Source: Sphaerodactylus townsendi
Taxonomy: Eukaryota
Length of the DNA: 64,000 bases
Assembly (NCBI RefSeq): GCF_021028975.2
Contig: NC_059428.1
Span: forward strand, 152,148,001 to 152,212,000
Reading direction: 5' to 3'
This document shows positions 1 through 13,366 of the stretch, one piece after another (position 1 is the first letter of the stretch; every line of letters begins with the position of its first letter). The notes beneath the pieces were generated by a model, which saw only the letters and a list, made by a program, of their open reading frames with translations, was not told the origin of the DNA and ran no database searches. Position numbers and translations under genes: made by a program.

Positions 1-561
1 TTTACTGCTCTAGAACTCAGCTGAAAACCATGCTTTACATATAAGGGTGCCAGGTGCCTCTTGGTCACTAATAGGGGTGGGGCACATCTTCTGTCTCTGC
101 CACAGGGATGTTTGAAGGATGGAAGGTCTGTTTCAGACTTTGGTGAGAGGAGAAGGGGGACACGGTGAGGGTTACCAGAAAGTATATGAAGGTATCATGT
201 AACCCGTATTGGAAAAGATGGTGGTCCTCTGGCCAGGTGCTCCCTCACATAAGAAGGTCAGGTCTCCCAAACTTACAGTTCCCTGCAGTCACTGGGCACA
301 CAGCCAGGACTCCCCCAACAAAGGACCCCACCAAGCCTCCAGTTTTCCTTGCAACCCTTCACGCAGCCCTCGCCGCGACATCTCCCAGCATCACAACCGA
401 TCTCCAGAGTGCTGGAATCAGTTCCCTGGGAAGAAAATGGCAGCTTTGGAGGGTGGAGGCTGCGGCATGGCATGAAACTAAATCAGGTTTAGCGTTAAGT
501 CTGAACCTTCAGGCATAGAAACTAAACTAAATTTATTCTGAAATTGTCACTGCGAGACTCA

Positions 562-841
562 GGCCCTTTCCCCACTCACCGTTTGCTGCGTGCTAATCTC
601 ACCGAGTAGCGCAGGGTCCACCTGCACTCCCCACTACAGGGGCGGCAACAACGCAGCCGCCCCGACTCTGCTGCTCTTGCGCCCCTTCAGCGCAGGTCAT
701 TCTGGCGCTGCTCAAAACGGCGCCTTTTGATGACCCCGCACGGAGCGTAAGGCAGTGGGGAAGCCCAGGAACACGACCCTCGCACTAAAAAGGTCCTGGA
801 CCAGACGATACCGACGTCATTTTAAAAGTGGGGAAACGGCC
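562..841. mobile_element. Harbinger-like MITE
   Basis: Terminal inverted repeats (TIRs) GGCCCTTTCCCCACT / AGTGGGGAAACGGCC; CpG-rich interior similar to 10926-11203. Confidence 0.7.
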
Positions 842-1694
842 AAAGTGAACCCAAAAAGCTGTTTCAGCAGTGGGGATGTGGGAAAAGTTATTTTTCAAAC
901 CTGTGGGTCACATCCCCCCCCCCAACATCCAAATAAAACACACGCAAGGTCATGCTGTCACTTGGGTACTTCTCTGGAACTAGATTCTCACTGCCTTCAG
1001 CCTGACTCTCCCTGCCCCCAATTCCCCTACCCCTCTCTACCCCATGCATCTGTGTGGGCCCCCATGGTGTTCCAGGGGCAGGCTGAGCCCCCGACAGCTG
1101 GAGAAGACTGAACTTAGCCATGCATAGTGACAAATTCTTTACATTCACGGCTACTTTGCAGCCTCTGAGAAAAGGACCTGAGATTGGAGAGGAAGGGTGG
1201 GGGGGGGAACGGAGCAAAGCGCTCTTCAAGCTTATTATTAAAACTCTCTCATTAGCACAGAGCCCATGCCGGCTTCTGCTAACCCCACCTGCTTTGCTAA
1301 ATGATGCACTTGAATACTGGGGCCCACTTAGGGTTGCCAAGTTCCCCTCGCCTGGCCACTGGAAGGCGACTGGAGGGATAGGCTTGCCCGATCAAGGTTG
1401 GGAAAGTGCTGGAGACTGGAGGGTGGGACCTGGGGAGGACGGGGTCATCAGTGGGGTACATTGCCAGAGGACCCACCCTCCAAAGTATCCACTGTCATCA
1501 GGGAAACTGACCTCTGTAACCATGGAGACAAGGTGCAGGGTTTGGAGAGAGGACGGACTTCAGTTGGGTGTAATGCCAGAGAATCCACCTTCCTGAATGG
1601 CCATTTTCTCCAGGGGAGTTGATCTCTTTGCCTGGAGAACAGGTGCAATCCCAGGAGATCTCCCGCTACCACTTGGAAGTTGGTAACCCTAGTC

Positions 1695-1822
1695 CAGGGG
1701 TCTGCAACCTGTGGCTCTCCAGATGTTCATGGACTACAATTCCCATCAGCCCCCGTGCTGGCAGGGGCTGATGGGAATTGTAGTCTATGAACCTCTGAAG
1801 AGCCACAGGTTGCAGACCCCTG
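1695..1822. mobile_element. hAT (Charlie-like) palindromic MITE
   Basis: CAGGGGTCTGCAACC...GGTTGCAGACCCCTG; 8-bp target-site duplication (TSD) ccctagtc/ccatagtc; internal ACTACAATTCCCA. Confidence 0.85.
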
Positions 1823-1944
1823 CCATAGTCCGACTCCAAGCCATCTTTCATCCCAGTACAGCCTTATTTCCTGTGTTCAAAAGCCCTCCCGAATAATTCA
1901 GTTTTGCATAGGCTGGGAGTGTGGGAGCCTTCCTAACCTCATCA

Positions 1945-2216
1945 GAGAACCAGGTTTGACACTCTGGGTTTGACACTCTGGAGAACCAGGTTTGACACCG
2001 TACTCTGGAGAACCGGGGTTGACACTCCGGGTTTGACACTCTGGAGAACCAGGTTTGACGCCGTACTCTGGAGAACCGGGGTTGACGTTCCGGGTTTGAC
2101 ACTCTGGAGAACCAGGTTTGACACCGTACTCTGGAGAACCGGGGTTGACGCTCTGGGTTTGACACTCTGGAGGACCAAGTTTGACACCATACTCTGGAGA
2201 ACCGGGGTTGACACCG
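1945..2216. repeat. 63-bp minisatellite, about 4 copies
   Basis: Units start at 1978, 2041, 2104 and 2167: ctggagaaccaggtttgacaccgtactctggagaaccggggttgacactccgggtttgacact. Confidence 0.92.
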
Positions 2217-2844
2217 TTCTCCCAGCGACCTTCTTCTCCTCCCCAAAATTCGCCCTCCTTCACTACCTCTCTCTAGTCTTCAGGAATTTCCCAAGCTGCA
2301 GCTGGCAACCCTATTTTTTGTATGTGATGACCAATGCTTTGGATTGAGCCCAGTCACTGATAGGCAGCCAGAGGAATGATTGCAGTGTGAGAATATTGAT
2401 ACATCCGCTCTGCCAGCCCCGTTTCCTCTCTTTCTATGCCTCCGTCCTTTGCTTTTCCTCCTCTTCCCTATTTACTCTGAATTTCCTCCTGCTTTTTCTA
2501 ATATTTTCTGCTTGCTATTAAACTAATTGGCTGCACCTGCCGGCGAGAACCATAAAATTGGAGAAGTCGCCATGGCCGGCTGAGCTGGATATGATTCGGA
2601 TATGCCCAGCCTCCAGATTGTTTAGATTAGCGTAGCCCTTTGTCACGGGTTCTCACATGTTCACAGCCTGATATGTCGCGATTCAGAGACAATTTTTACA
2701 ACCAGACCTTTTATTTTGTCAAAACTGAGTGGGCTTAGTAGGATTATATAGGCCTCTGGGCCCAATAATTGCTTTTTCAGAGTCCTTCTAAGGCCCAGTT
2801 CAGACATAACATGAATTTTTGGTTTATTTTTAACAACAGTTCTC

Positions 2845-3000
2845 CCCCATGGCAGACCCAAAACACGGTGGATGGACACAATCAATGAAGACCTGCAGGC
2901 AAAGAACCTAACCCCAGAAGACACTCCAAACCGTGACCTTTGGAAGAGACAGTTACAAAACTGACCCTGCATGTGCAGGAAACCAGTTCAGAAAGAAGAA
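2845..3000 (+). mobile_element. RTE-clade LINE 3' fragment
   Basis: From 2851 it translates GRPKTRWMDTINEDLQAKNLTPEDTPNRDLWKR, typical of an RTE ORF C-terminus, followed by a GAA-rich tail. Confidence 0.65.
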
Positions 3001-4148
3001 GTGATCAGCAAATTATCATTCAGAACACAACAGAATTTATTAATTACAGTCATTGGCCAAAGTATGCACAGAATCATTTCAGAACGCAGTTTGCTTTATC
3101 AGACTGGTTTGAACATTTTTTTCTGTGTAGCTGACGAGAAAGTGCAGGGGAATAAAGCAAAATTTACAGCTATTTGAGGGATAGAGATAGGGGAAAATGG
3201 CAACATGTGATGTCACTTCCAGGAGAGGTGATGCTACTACCTCACAAGATGCTCGAGCAATTTCCCCCATCTCCATGGTAAAAAACATAGAGATCCTCAT
3301 AACAACCCTTTGAGGCAGGCTAGGATGAGTTATAGTAACTGGCTCGAGGTTATACTACCCCCTTCCCCTCAATAAAAAGACCTCTGAATTGATAGCCACA
3401 CACCAGCTGGGACTTCCCTGGGTGGCCACAGACCCTGGAATTCAATCTGCAATTCCCCAAAGGATCTTTGCCAGGATTTACACAGAACCTCCCTCTCCTT
3501 CTGCCCGCTTTATCAAGTCTTCCTTCCACAGCCTTCAGATGTCATCAACGCAGCAGAACAACAGAATTTACAAACAACCCATCTCCTGTAGATCTTAGAT
3601 ACACAAAGGGACCGTGGTGAGATGATCCATATGCTTCCGCGTAGCCAACTGATGTTTCCTACAATCTACCCTCTCTCTTGAGAGTAACATCGTAGCCGCC
3701 GGAGCCTGAAAATCTATGGTGGTTACTGATTCATGTGCATGCTTGTGCATGTGTGTGTGTGTGTGTACGCTGGTGTGTGAAACTTCATCTGATGCCAAGG
3801 AAGAACCAAATATTTGGTTCCCACGCAGCAAGCAAAGTAGCAGAAAAGAAACAGACACTGCGTTTTGGCAGTTGTCTTATTTTCGGCTCTGGCTTTTTTG
3901 GGGAAGCTTCTGGATTCTTTTCATCTGGGAGTTTCTTCTTAGGTTTTGGAGTTATGAAAGGCCTTGACTACCTGCAGCCCTAAGAGGAATCTCAAGGAAA
4001 ATGGTGGAACGCACGCTTTACCCGCCACCCCTTCCCACCAGCCACCCTATCGCATCACACCACCATGGCACTGCCAAGGAGATGGGGAAAAATAATCTTG
4101 AAGGAGAGGGCCTTTTAACACAGGGCAGCAAGCGATACATGCCCTGTA

Positions 4149-4427
4149 AAGGTAAAGTTTCCCTTTCAGTCGTGTTCGACCCTGGGGTACCACTGCGAGC
4201 AGTGATTTTATAGGCAAGCCTCTTTGTGGGGTAGTTTGCCATTGCTTTCCCTGGCTATTCTTTACCCCCTAGCTATGAGCTAGGTACTCATTTACCGACC
4301 AAGGAATGGATGGATGGCTGAGTTGACCATGAGCCAGCTGCCAGGATATCTGACCCACAGGGGGCTCGAACTCCTGGCCGTGTGAGTGGCAGTGCAAGCA
4401 CTTAACCACTACGCCATGCGACTCCTC
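4149..4427 (-). mobile_element. Sauria-type tRNA-derived SINE with Bov-B-like tail
   Basis: A/B-box head and gtcgaacacgactgaa...actttaccttta tail; 14-bp TSD atacatgccctgta at 4135-4148 and 4428-4441. Confidence 0.85.
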
Positions 4428-6355
4428 ATACATGCCCTGTAGCGCTTCTCAAATTCTGGCAGAGGCAAAAACAATTGGCGGAAACAGGTATTGTTCAAAG
4501 AGCTCTGCTTAACTAACCCACAGTGGTCCTCAGAGATACTCCTATATGAGTTCCCCTGGAGCAAATGGCAGTTGGGGATGGTTGTAGGGTTGGCAGCTCC
4601 TTGTTGGATGTTAAACCTGGCAAAAGCAGGCGACGGTGCCATGGAGCCCACCCTCCGAAGTGGCAATTTTCTCCAAGGGAATTGATCTCTGTACGACAGT
4701 TGTCATTTGAGTGATCTCTGTATCCCACTTGGAGGTCGGCAACCGTGAATAGTTTGTGGCCTCTCATCTCTGCTGAGCTCCTCCCCTTCCCCAAACTCCC
4801 CTCCCCACAGGCGCTGTCCCCAGATCTCCAGGAAATGTCTCGTGCAGAATGGAAACCCGAGGTACTGCTGTTTGGGCCACCCCTGTGCAATTAACGACGT
4901 ATGAAAAAAAAACAGCAACCTTTTGAACCTTCTTTCTGCCCAGAATCATCCAGCCAAGCTGGAAACGAAATGAAAGCAGGATTACGAAGCTGCTTGTAAG
5001 TTCCAGTCATCAAGTTTAGTCTGTTTCCATGTGGTATACTTTTACCCTACCCTAATTCTAAGGTGCTACATGGTTCTTCCTTCCCCCAGCTCATTGCTGC
5101 AACAGCCCTGTGAGGTAGGTTAGGCTAAGAGAGGGGCCCAAATTCACCCAAATCTTTTTTTTAATATAGACTCAAGCCTGCAACAGCTAATGGGAGAGGA
5201 AATGTGTTCACCTTCAGAAAGTCACAAAGCTCTTCTTTTTTTCTGTTTTTGAAGCAAACTAGGAAGCCTTCCAAATTTATACCTACTACGACCGTTTTGT
5301 CTGAGGAAAAACTTTTGCAGGGTAGCAGATGGATGCCCTTATGCGGCTGGAAGGTGGGGGCTTCTTTTATTTTAGTTTGTGCTGTCAAGTCACAGCTGGC
5401 TTATGGTGCCTCCTGAGGGACTTTTCAAGGCAAGAGACACTCAGAGGTGGTTTGTCATTTGCCGGCCTTCACGTCACGTCCCTTCTTGGAGGTCTCCCAT
5501 TCCAACACCAGCCAGGGTCTACCCTGCTTAGCTTCTGAAGGAGAGGGCCGAAATTACGGTCGTCCTTGACAAGTCATGCCTTGTTTTCCATTTGATTTTG
5601 GGGTGGAGTTGGGGAGGTACCAGATGACTCCTGAAGGGAGTCTCTATCTGGGGGCTCACGTTGCCTGGCTCACAGATGCTCATCGGGTGGCCGCTATAAT
5701 ATTATAAATGTTATTCGAGTTAGACTCCCTGACTTCAAATAGCTGCAAGGAGCCAGGAACACAGGGTTGTGTCGAGAAAAATGAAGAGGAGCAGTAGCCT
5801 CTTGGCAAGGTCTGCCGGCACGTCATTTTCCCACCAAAGAGAAAGCATCTAACATCCGCCCTGCTGTCCCCAAATGGTAATTTCTGCAACTGCTCTTTGG
5901 TTGACCCTTTCAGATTCTGCGCAGCTTCCTCTGGGGCTTAGGGCAGCCCACGGTAATCCTGTTGCTCTGATTTCCTCCAGCTCCACAGAGCGAATTCATC
6001 TCCCAAATGGACGTGTTGACTCTGGAAGAGCCACCTGTGTATTAAAAATCTCTAGCTGGTCATAGAATCAGACATTTTTGATACAGCAGTATCAGCCATT
6101 CAGCATATGAGAACAGGAGGAAGACTATGAGAATCAGCCACACGTGAAACTTGGGTGAACTTGTTTTCCTATGAGACTGGGTCAGGCCAGCTTCAGATGA
6201 CCACAGAATGAGTGACTGGCTCCTTCTTTCTTTAAAGACGACCATTTGCTTCAAGTGAAAGGAGCCACTTGGGACTTCTGTACAGGTCCATTTTGTTATT
6301 GGACCAACAAACTTTGTCTTGACCTGAATGGCTGATGGCTAGCCACACCATGACA

Positions 6356-6500
6356 GATGCCAGAAGCTAAGCAGGGTCAGCCCCTGGTTAGTACTTGGAT
6401 GGGAGAGCACCAAGAAAATCCAAGGTTGCTAAGAGAAACATGCAATGGCAAACCACCTCAGTTCATCTCTCGTCTTGCAAACTGCCTAGCAAACCCTGTG
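6356..6500 (+). mobile_element. 5S rRNA-derived SINE
   Basis: agaagctaagcagggtcag...tggttagtacttggatgggaga (5S internal promoter region) fused to a gcaatggcaaaccac body. Confidence 0.7.
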
Positions 6501-7151
6501 GAAAGGTGGCGGGTAATGTCTCCATCAGAGTGTGTTTCTCGCTGCAAGGCACAACTGTGTCTAGGTCAGGGGTCCTCAGCCTCTCTCCTCCAGCCAGGAA
6601 ATTCCCAGCACCTAGAAACCTAGTACATCAGGGGAAAGCGAGAACCATAACTTCTTGTTTTCTTTGTGGTGGATTATTTTGTATAAAATGGGAAGCCGTT
6701 TGCATGTGTGAGAGTCCCCTGTAGGCTGAAATGGCACAGCGCAGGAACAGCTTTAAAGGCCAAGAGGGAGCGTGGGTGAATGGGTGGGCATCCCATCCTC
6801 CTTCCTGTGGCTTGACACATCTCTCCCCCTCTCTGCTTTGCACAGCTGTTCCTCAACTTAGGACAGTTCACCTATGTGCCTGATTCTTCAAATCCTGTAC
6901 TTTTGCATGCCAGCATAGAAGCTATGCTGCTGTGTCAGAATTAGAACCCAGATCCCTCCTCGGCCCAATCGTACCTCACCCCACACCGATTGTTTCACCA
7001 CTGGCGAGAAGTCTCTCCCAACCCTACAGATAATTCATACTTTACAGAGGACTGTCAGTTTTGGCATCTGTCATGGGTGCAAAACTTTTCCCAGTTCTCC
7101 GGATAATTGGCTTCCTCCCTTGGCTCATGACGAAGAGTGATTCACCAGCCC

Positions 7152-7178
<27 letters not shown>
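7152..7178. repeat. (CTG)9 microsatellite
   Basis: Read directly from the sequence. Confidence 0.95.
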
Positions 7179-7182
<4 letters not shown>

Positions 7183-8266
7183 CGCATCTCCCACCACCCC
7201 TCACTCGTCCCCCTTGCGTTGATCTCTGTGCGCGTTTGTTTCTTTCTCTCCACTGACTCTGAAAACCCCACCACCTGTTGCGGCTCTCCGCACCGTGTTA
7301 CATTCTCATACACCCCAGCTTAGTTTCCCCTGTTAATGAAAACAGGCTTGGGAACCAGGGTAAATCTGTGGGAAAGTTGCAGCGTGTGGGAAGACAGTGG
7401 GGAGCCGGGGGGAAGTGGGGAGATGGAAGCTGGCTCCCCACCCCCGCCTGCTGCTCTGCATCCCCCACCCCTTGTTTAGGAGACAGAATGCCCACCCACC
7501 ATTGGGGGTGGGGAGAGGACAACAATGAGTCAATTAGAGGAGGGAAAATACATAAAAGACAGCCTTCTTCATGGCTTTCCTGTGACAGTTCCTGACACGT
7601 CATATCTGTCTCTGCTGATACAACCCTGCTCTTCTCCCGCCCCCTACATTCCAACGGCAATGGCTGCAAAATCAGGGCCCCCTGGGGCTTTCCCCATGGG
7701 AACATTTGCCCAGGGTGGGAGTCGGGGAATGGCCAGAATTGAGAGGGGCTTCAAGGCTCATCAGCTCTGAGAAACACATGGGAGACAGGCAATCTTGGGG
7801 TTTTTTACAAAAAATAAAATTTGGCAGCATAGTGCAGGGGTCCCTAATGTTTTTAAGCCTGGGGGCACCTTTGGTGTTCTGGTACGGCATGTGGGCACAG
7901 TCACAAAATGGCGGTCACAGAACGGCTGCTGGAGGCGGCAGAGCCAGGCACACGGTGGCGGCTGCAACTCGCCCTCATTCATGCAGAGAAGGTCCTTGTA
8001 CTGTGGCGGCCACTGAACCAACATGTCAAGGGCTTGTACACAGAATCATATGGCCAATGGTCAATCAGAAACCCTGGTGGGTAAAAGCCCCAACTGATAA
8101 TGCTCCCTTTCTGAAAACACTTGGGGGGCACCCGTGAAAGTGTCAGCAGGCCCCTTGATGCCCACAGACACCACATTGGGGACCCCTGATTTAGTGGTTG
8201 GCATGTTGGACCCAGGTCAGAGCCCTCATTCAATGGCTGGCCTTGATCAAAGCTTTATCTTTATCT

Positions 8267-8583
8267 GGAGCCAGCGTGGTTTAGTGGTTAAGAGAAGGTG
8301 CACTCTAATCTGGAGAATCAGGTTTGATTCCCCGCTCTACCACTTGAACTGTGGAGGCTTATCTGGGGAACCAGATTAGCTTGTGCACCGCAACACAGGC
8401 CAGCTGGGTGACCTTGGGCTAGTCACAGTTCTTCAGAGCTCTCTCAACCCCACCCACCTCACAGGGTGTTTGTTGTGGGTGGGGAAGGGAAAGGAGATTG
8501 TAAGCCCCTTTAAGTCTTCTTACAGGAGAGAAAGGGGGATATAAATCCAAACTTTTCTTCCTCCTCCTCCTCCTCCTCCTTCA
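8267..8583 (+). mobile_element. Squam3-like CORE SINE
   Basis: tRNA head (tagtggttaag, ggtttgattccc), core gctgggtgaccttgggctagtcac, cctcacagggtgtttgttgtg, and (CTT/CCT)n tail. Confidence 0.85.
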
Positions 8584-9650
8584 CTAAGAGTTCCTTGTAG
8601 AAAGAAGTAGCTGTCATGTTATGAAACTGCTCTGAACATATGTTCTGGTTTTCCAAGGATAGTCCCTGTTTTCTGGCCCGTGTCAAGGACAGCTATGTTT
8701 TCCCCGGCTATCTTTGCCAGAATCGCCTTCTTGGTTTTTAAATCAGCAGAGGAGTGATGATTGCGGAGTAATCCGATATAGCCATGTGGGCTAGAGTCTT
8801 TGGTGATGTGTAAGTGGGGGAGGAAAACAGAATAAACAGGCAGACAGGAGATCTCTTTGTCCAAAGCTCATTTGTTTGGAGCAGTGGTTTTCAACCCTGA
8901 TTGGGGATCCTCAGGCGAATCCTGGGTCATGAGCCCTTAGAGAGCTGCCGTTTTCTTTTTTTAAGCTGACTTTTGAAGAAAAATAGAAGATCAGGATTTG
9001 GATTTTTATCCCACCTTTCTCTCCTGTAAGGACTCTCAAAGTGGCTCACAAACTCCTTTCCCTTCCTCTCCCCACCGCAGACACCTTGTGAGGTAGGTGA
9101 GATGGAGAGAGTTCTGAAAGGACTGTGGCTGCCCCAAGCAGGCTTCGCGTGTAAAAGTGGGGAAACAAATCCAGTCCCCCAGATAAGAATCGGCCACTCA
9201 TAGGGGGCAGTGGGGAATTGAACCCAGTTCTCCAGATTAGAGTCCACCTGCTCTTAACCACCACTCCGTGCCTGGAAAGGGCTTCTGAGCAAAATCTAGC
9301 GTTATCATACATCCTGCCTCTCTGGGCAAGCAGGTGGCAAAAAGCGGCAGGGCAGTAAGGCAAAGTCTCCTAGTGGTGGAGGTGACTCCATGGCTGGGAC
9401 CTCTGGCTTATTCCACAGGACAGCATAGCTCCTTGGTGCTTGGATTGCCTTTCCTGTCCTTAGCTTTCTAGGTCTGCAGCCCACAGTTTGAGCTGCCACA
9501 CTAGTGAGGTCAAAACCGTTTCCCCTTCTTCCTGTTGTGTGACTATGACGCCATGTGGCTTCCTATTAGCAGCTCAGTCCTGACACCATACCATCAAGTT
9601 ATGCAATTTCCTATCGGCTAATGATAAGAGCAAGGGACAAGGCAAACAGA

Positions 9651-9791
9651 GGCTCATTCCGCACATGCAGAATAATGCACTTTCAAACTGTTTTCAGTGC
9701 TCTTTAAAGCAGTGCGGAATGGCAAAATCCACTTGCAAACAGTTGTTAAAGTGGTTTGAAAACGCATTATTTTGCGTGTGCGGAAGGGGCC
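9651..9791. mobile_element. Harbinger-like palindromic MITE
   Basis: ggctcattccgcacatgcagaataatgc...gcattattttgcgtgtgcggaaggggcc; 3-bp TSD AGA. Confidence 0.85.
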
Positions 9792-10925
9792 AGAAAGTGC
9801 AAAGGTGTCACTATGTGGGTTATGTGGATTCAGGGATACGGTTTTCTGTAGCAGCCCCGCGTCTTGTGTAACATACACATATATCTGCAGGAAGGGCCCA
9901 TGAGGAGAATCGGGGGAAAGCTTATGGTCTCTCACAACCATTCCTCCTCAGAAAAACACCCCCTCGAACACACCATATCCCACCCGTTTAACATGTACCA
10001 GAGGGACTGTAGAAAATGTAAGATCAGAATTGGCCCCAAACATCCTCGCTAATGAGAAATGCCCTTGCTCTCATTAGCTAAGATAACCACAAGAGAGAAC
10101 GCTCTCTTCTTCTAGGAGGAGAAAGTGATATTTTAAAAAACCCTCGGCCCCTTTTCGGAATCTGTTTCGAATAAAAGAGTCAAGCTAGTTTGCCAGTCCT
10201 TGAAAGGATTTTTTTAAACAGTGGAAAACTGCAAGAGAGCAAAGGGTTTTATGTGCTTCAAAGTCAAGCGTGCTTCCTTCGGAGGCTTTCGGCTACAGGC
10301 AGGGGTGAAATTTGGGCGGGGGGGGGGGGGCAAATCTCACATAAAAATAATTAAAAGAGGAGAGGAGCAGCAGCAGCAGCTGAGGAATGTTAATGCTGTG
10401 CAGCCCTCATTTCCACAGTCCCGGTCGAAAAATGCACCCCGCAGCAGCTTCCCAGTGGATTTGCCTGTAAGCTACACATTCCTGACAAACACAGAGATAT
10501 GAAGCCCTCCACCGGTGTGGTGGGATCAATGACTCTGTGTGGAAACCAGCAATGATGATAACCACAGACCTCTAATGCCCAGCCACCCACTCCCAAAGGC
10601 CGGCAGTCTACAGAGCTGATCTGCCTGGTGATCTTTCTGTCAAATAAAGCTGATGACCACAGCCCAATCCTGAAAGCAATGGGTTGCCAACCTCCAGGCA
10701 GAATTATCCATTTCCCCTGGAGAAAACAGCTGCTTTGGAGCACGGACTCTGCGCTGCTGAAGTCTCTGTCCTTCCTAGGCTTTGCCCCCAAAGCATTCAG
10801 GTATTTTCCGACTTGAAGTTGGCAATCTAATATTGGCCAAGATAGATGTAGGACAAGATAGTTTTGGACAAGATAGATGTAGGAACACCAGCCTCTGGAA
10901 TGACGGCTCATCTCAAGACAACAGA

Positions 10926-11203
10926 GGTCGTTTCCCCTCTTACCTCGACCAAAGGTTGCTGCGCACTACTCCCAGGGCGCGTCATTTCTGGTGCGCTCCT
11001 GGGCTTCCCCACCTCGCGCTCTGCGCGGGGTCATCAAAAGGCACCGTTTCGAGGAGCGCCAGGAATGACGTGCGCTGAGGGGGCACGACAGTGTCAGCGT
11101 CGGGGCGGCTGCATTGTCGCCGCCCCTGTAGTGGGGAGTGCTGGGAGACCCCGCGCTACTTGGGGAGAGTAGAGTGCAGCAGCAGGTAAGTGGGGAAACG
11201 ACC
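10926..11203. mobile_element. Harbinger-like MITE
   Basis: 18/19-bp TIR GGTCGTTTCCCC(T/A)CTTACC; 3-bp TSD AGA. Confidence 0.85.
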
Positions 11204-13239
11204 AGAGGTCAGTCCCCCAAGAGAAAATGGGGCCTCTATTTTCTGCACACATGCACCAAAGCATGCACCAAAAAGCAGAGGGGGTGGGACCGTGGCTCCA
11301 TAAGGGCCCTAACCCATGGCACAGATAATGGCTGGGTTGGATACACCAATGTTCTGATGCAGTGGGATGTATTGGCTACTTGGTAGAGAAGGGGTCAGTC
11401 TCCCTGCTCCTCTTTTCCTGCCCAATAGTAAATCAGTAGGATTTCAGCTCTTTTTTTTAAGGGGTGGGGGTCCCCATGCCAGCTGCTTTGCAGGAGCCAC
11501 AACGGATCATAGTGAGGGGCTGGTGGTAAAAACTTGGAAGAAAAAAAACCAGTCGTTGTAAAAAAGAGGCAGATTGGGAACAGATTGCCATGGTCTGAAC
11601 TGCTCACAATATCCATAACAATTCTGTGATAGACTCCAGCTGTTTGCAGCAACACCGTGTCTCTCTCACTGATGGGAGAGCTCTCCTCTCCTCTCCTCCC
11701 CTTCCCTGTTTCCCACCCCTACCTTCTTGGCAGCAAGTGCCTCCTTGTAGCAGCCTTCACATGAGAGTCCAGCTTCTCTTGCTCTGCATATTCAGCCCCG
11801 TAGCTTTGTGGGTGCTGCAATGGCAGGTTTGAAAGAATCAGAATCCCAAGTCCAATTCTGCAGGAAGAAAACGTAGATTCTGAGATCTCACCGAGCGTTG
11901 CTCGCACGTTTGGAATCGGATCTTGGCCATCATCGGGACTAGCAACTTTCCCTTTTTTATAAAAAGAAAGAAAGAGGACAGAAGGAGATAGACAAGAGAG
12001 CAGATTTTCTGGTGACAAAGCTGAGAGGGACTGATAACATGCCAACGATTTTTGCCTTGGTCACTACAGAATTGAGAATATAAAGCTATCTTAAGTGCTG
12101 TGTGGACCTTACAAGGCCTAAGGGGTGAACTGCTGTCAAGTCAGCTCCATTTTTCCCATTCCCTTCAATGCAGGGATAACATTACCGGCCTGCCCCACAG
12201 GGCTTTTGTGCAAATGCACAAGAACCAGCAATTGGCTGGGTAAATTATATAGAGTTATTATTCAGCTAGAAAAACGGCCGTCATGATGAAGGCAATGGAG
12301 AGTTGGGGGGGGGGGGGGGGATGCCTGCATCCTGCATTAATTCCCGAGAACGTCTTTTGGCAAAATTATAGTGCAAACATACCCTTCCACACTCAAATAC
12401 AATGTGTGGGATCCCTGACAGTTAGCGCGATGGAAGCCAGTCCTACCACACTTTGTCCCTATGTATCTCTGGAAGCATAATCTTCCACAGAGACCCTACC
12501 CCACTCCGCCGTGACACCAGCTGTTTCAAATCCGTCTTGCTTCTTTCCTGATTCCCCATCACCGTGGAGTCTATTTCTTGGTTACCCAAGAGCCTAACAC
12601 AATGTTTAAAGGCTGGCTTTTCCCATCTAGGAGCAACATAAGCAGGACTGTGCTTGCTGGGCCTTCTTTCTGCCGGCCTCTGCCGGCCCCTCCCACCCTT
12701 CGGACCACTGTTTATTTGTTGCCGCTTGGGTCTCCAGGGCTGTTTGTTTAAGGAGGGGAACGACAGTCTTCACACTGAGTCAATTTGTTTAGTGACATGT
12801 AGCATGATGGATGTCCTCCCCGCCCCCCCTTCCCTGTCCAGAAGGATCGTGTTTCTCTGCGCCTTACACTCCTCAACCAAAGCCACAAGCCCAGTCCCAG
12901 CCTGTATTTAGACACATTTCCTGTTCCCACTCCCCTTCAAAGACTCCTGTCTCCCTGCCAGTTTTTGCAAGGTATGTCGGTATTTTGCAAGATATGTCGC
13001 AAAACATGCTGGTGTCATCAGGGAAGCGGAAAGGATTCTCTGGTGTGAAATAGGAGGAATTTTATAGGTGCAAAGATTCCAACTTCATTCATGTCATAAA
13101 GATTCAATGGACAGAAATGATCTTTGTCGCCAGGAGATCAGCAGTAATCCAGGAAGGTGGATTCCATGGCATTATACCCCACTGAGGTATGAACCCTGCC
13201 CTCTCCTGGGTCCACCCTCAAAATCTCCAGGTATTGCAT

Positions 13240-13366
13240 CTGTCGAAGGCTTTCACGGCCAAAAACACTAGGGTGTTGTGGGTTTTCCGGGTTGTATGGC
13301 CGTGTTCCAGTAGCATTTTCTCCTGCGTCTGTGGCTGGCATCTTCAGAGGAAAACCCACAACACCC
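13240..13366 (-). mobile_element. Penelope-like element terminal fragment
   Basis: Reverse complement of the 47590-47710 element with an internal deletion in the ribozyme region. Confidence 0.7.

Noticed and set aside
1848-2347. Several overlapping ORFs with 21-aa repeats; superficially CRISPR-like periodicity
   Set aside because: Produced by a 63-bp tandem repeat. There are no unique spacers, no cas genes, and the context is eukaryotic.
6356-6430. 5S rRNA-like sequence (also near 26120, 34270, 51970 and 52250)
   Set aside because: Partial, diverged and fused to a SINE body, so these are SINE heads rather than rRNA genes.
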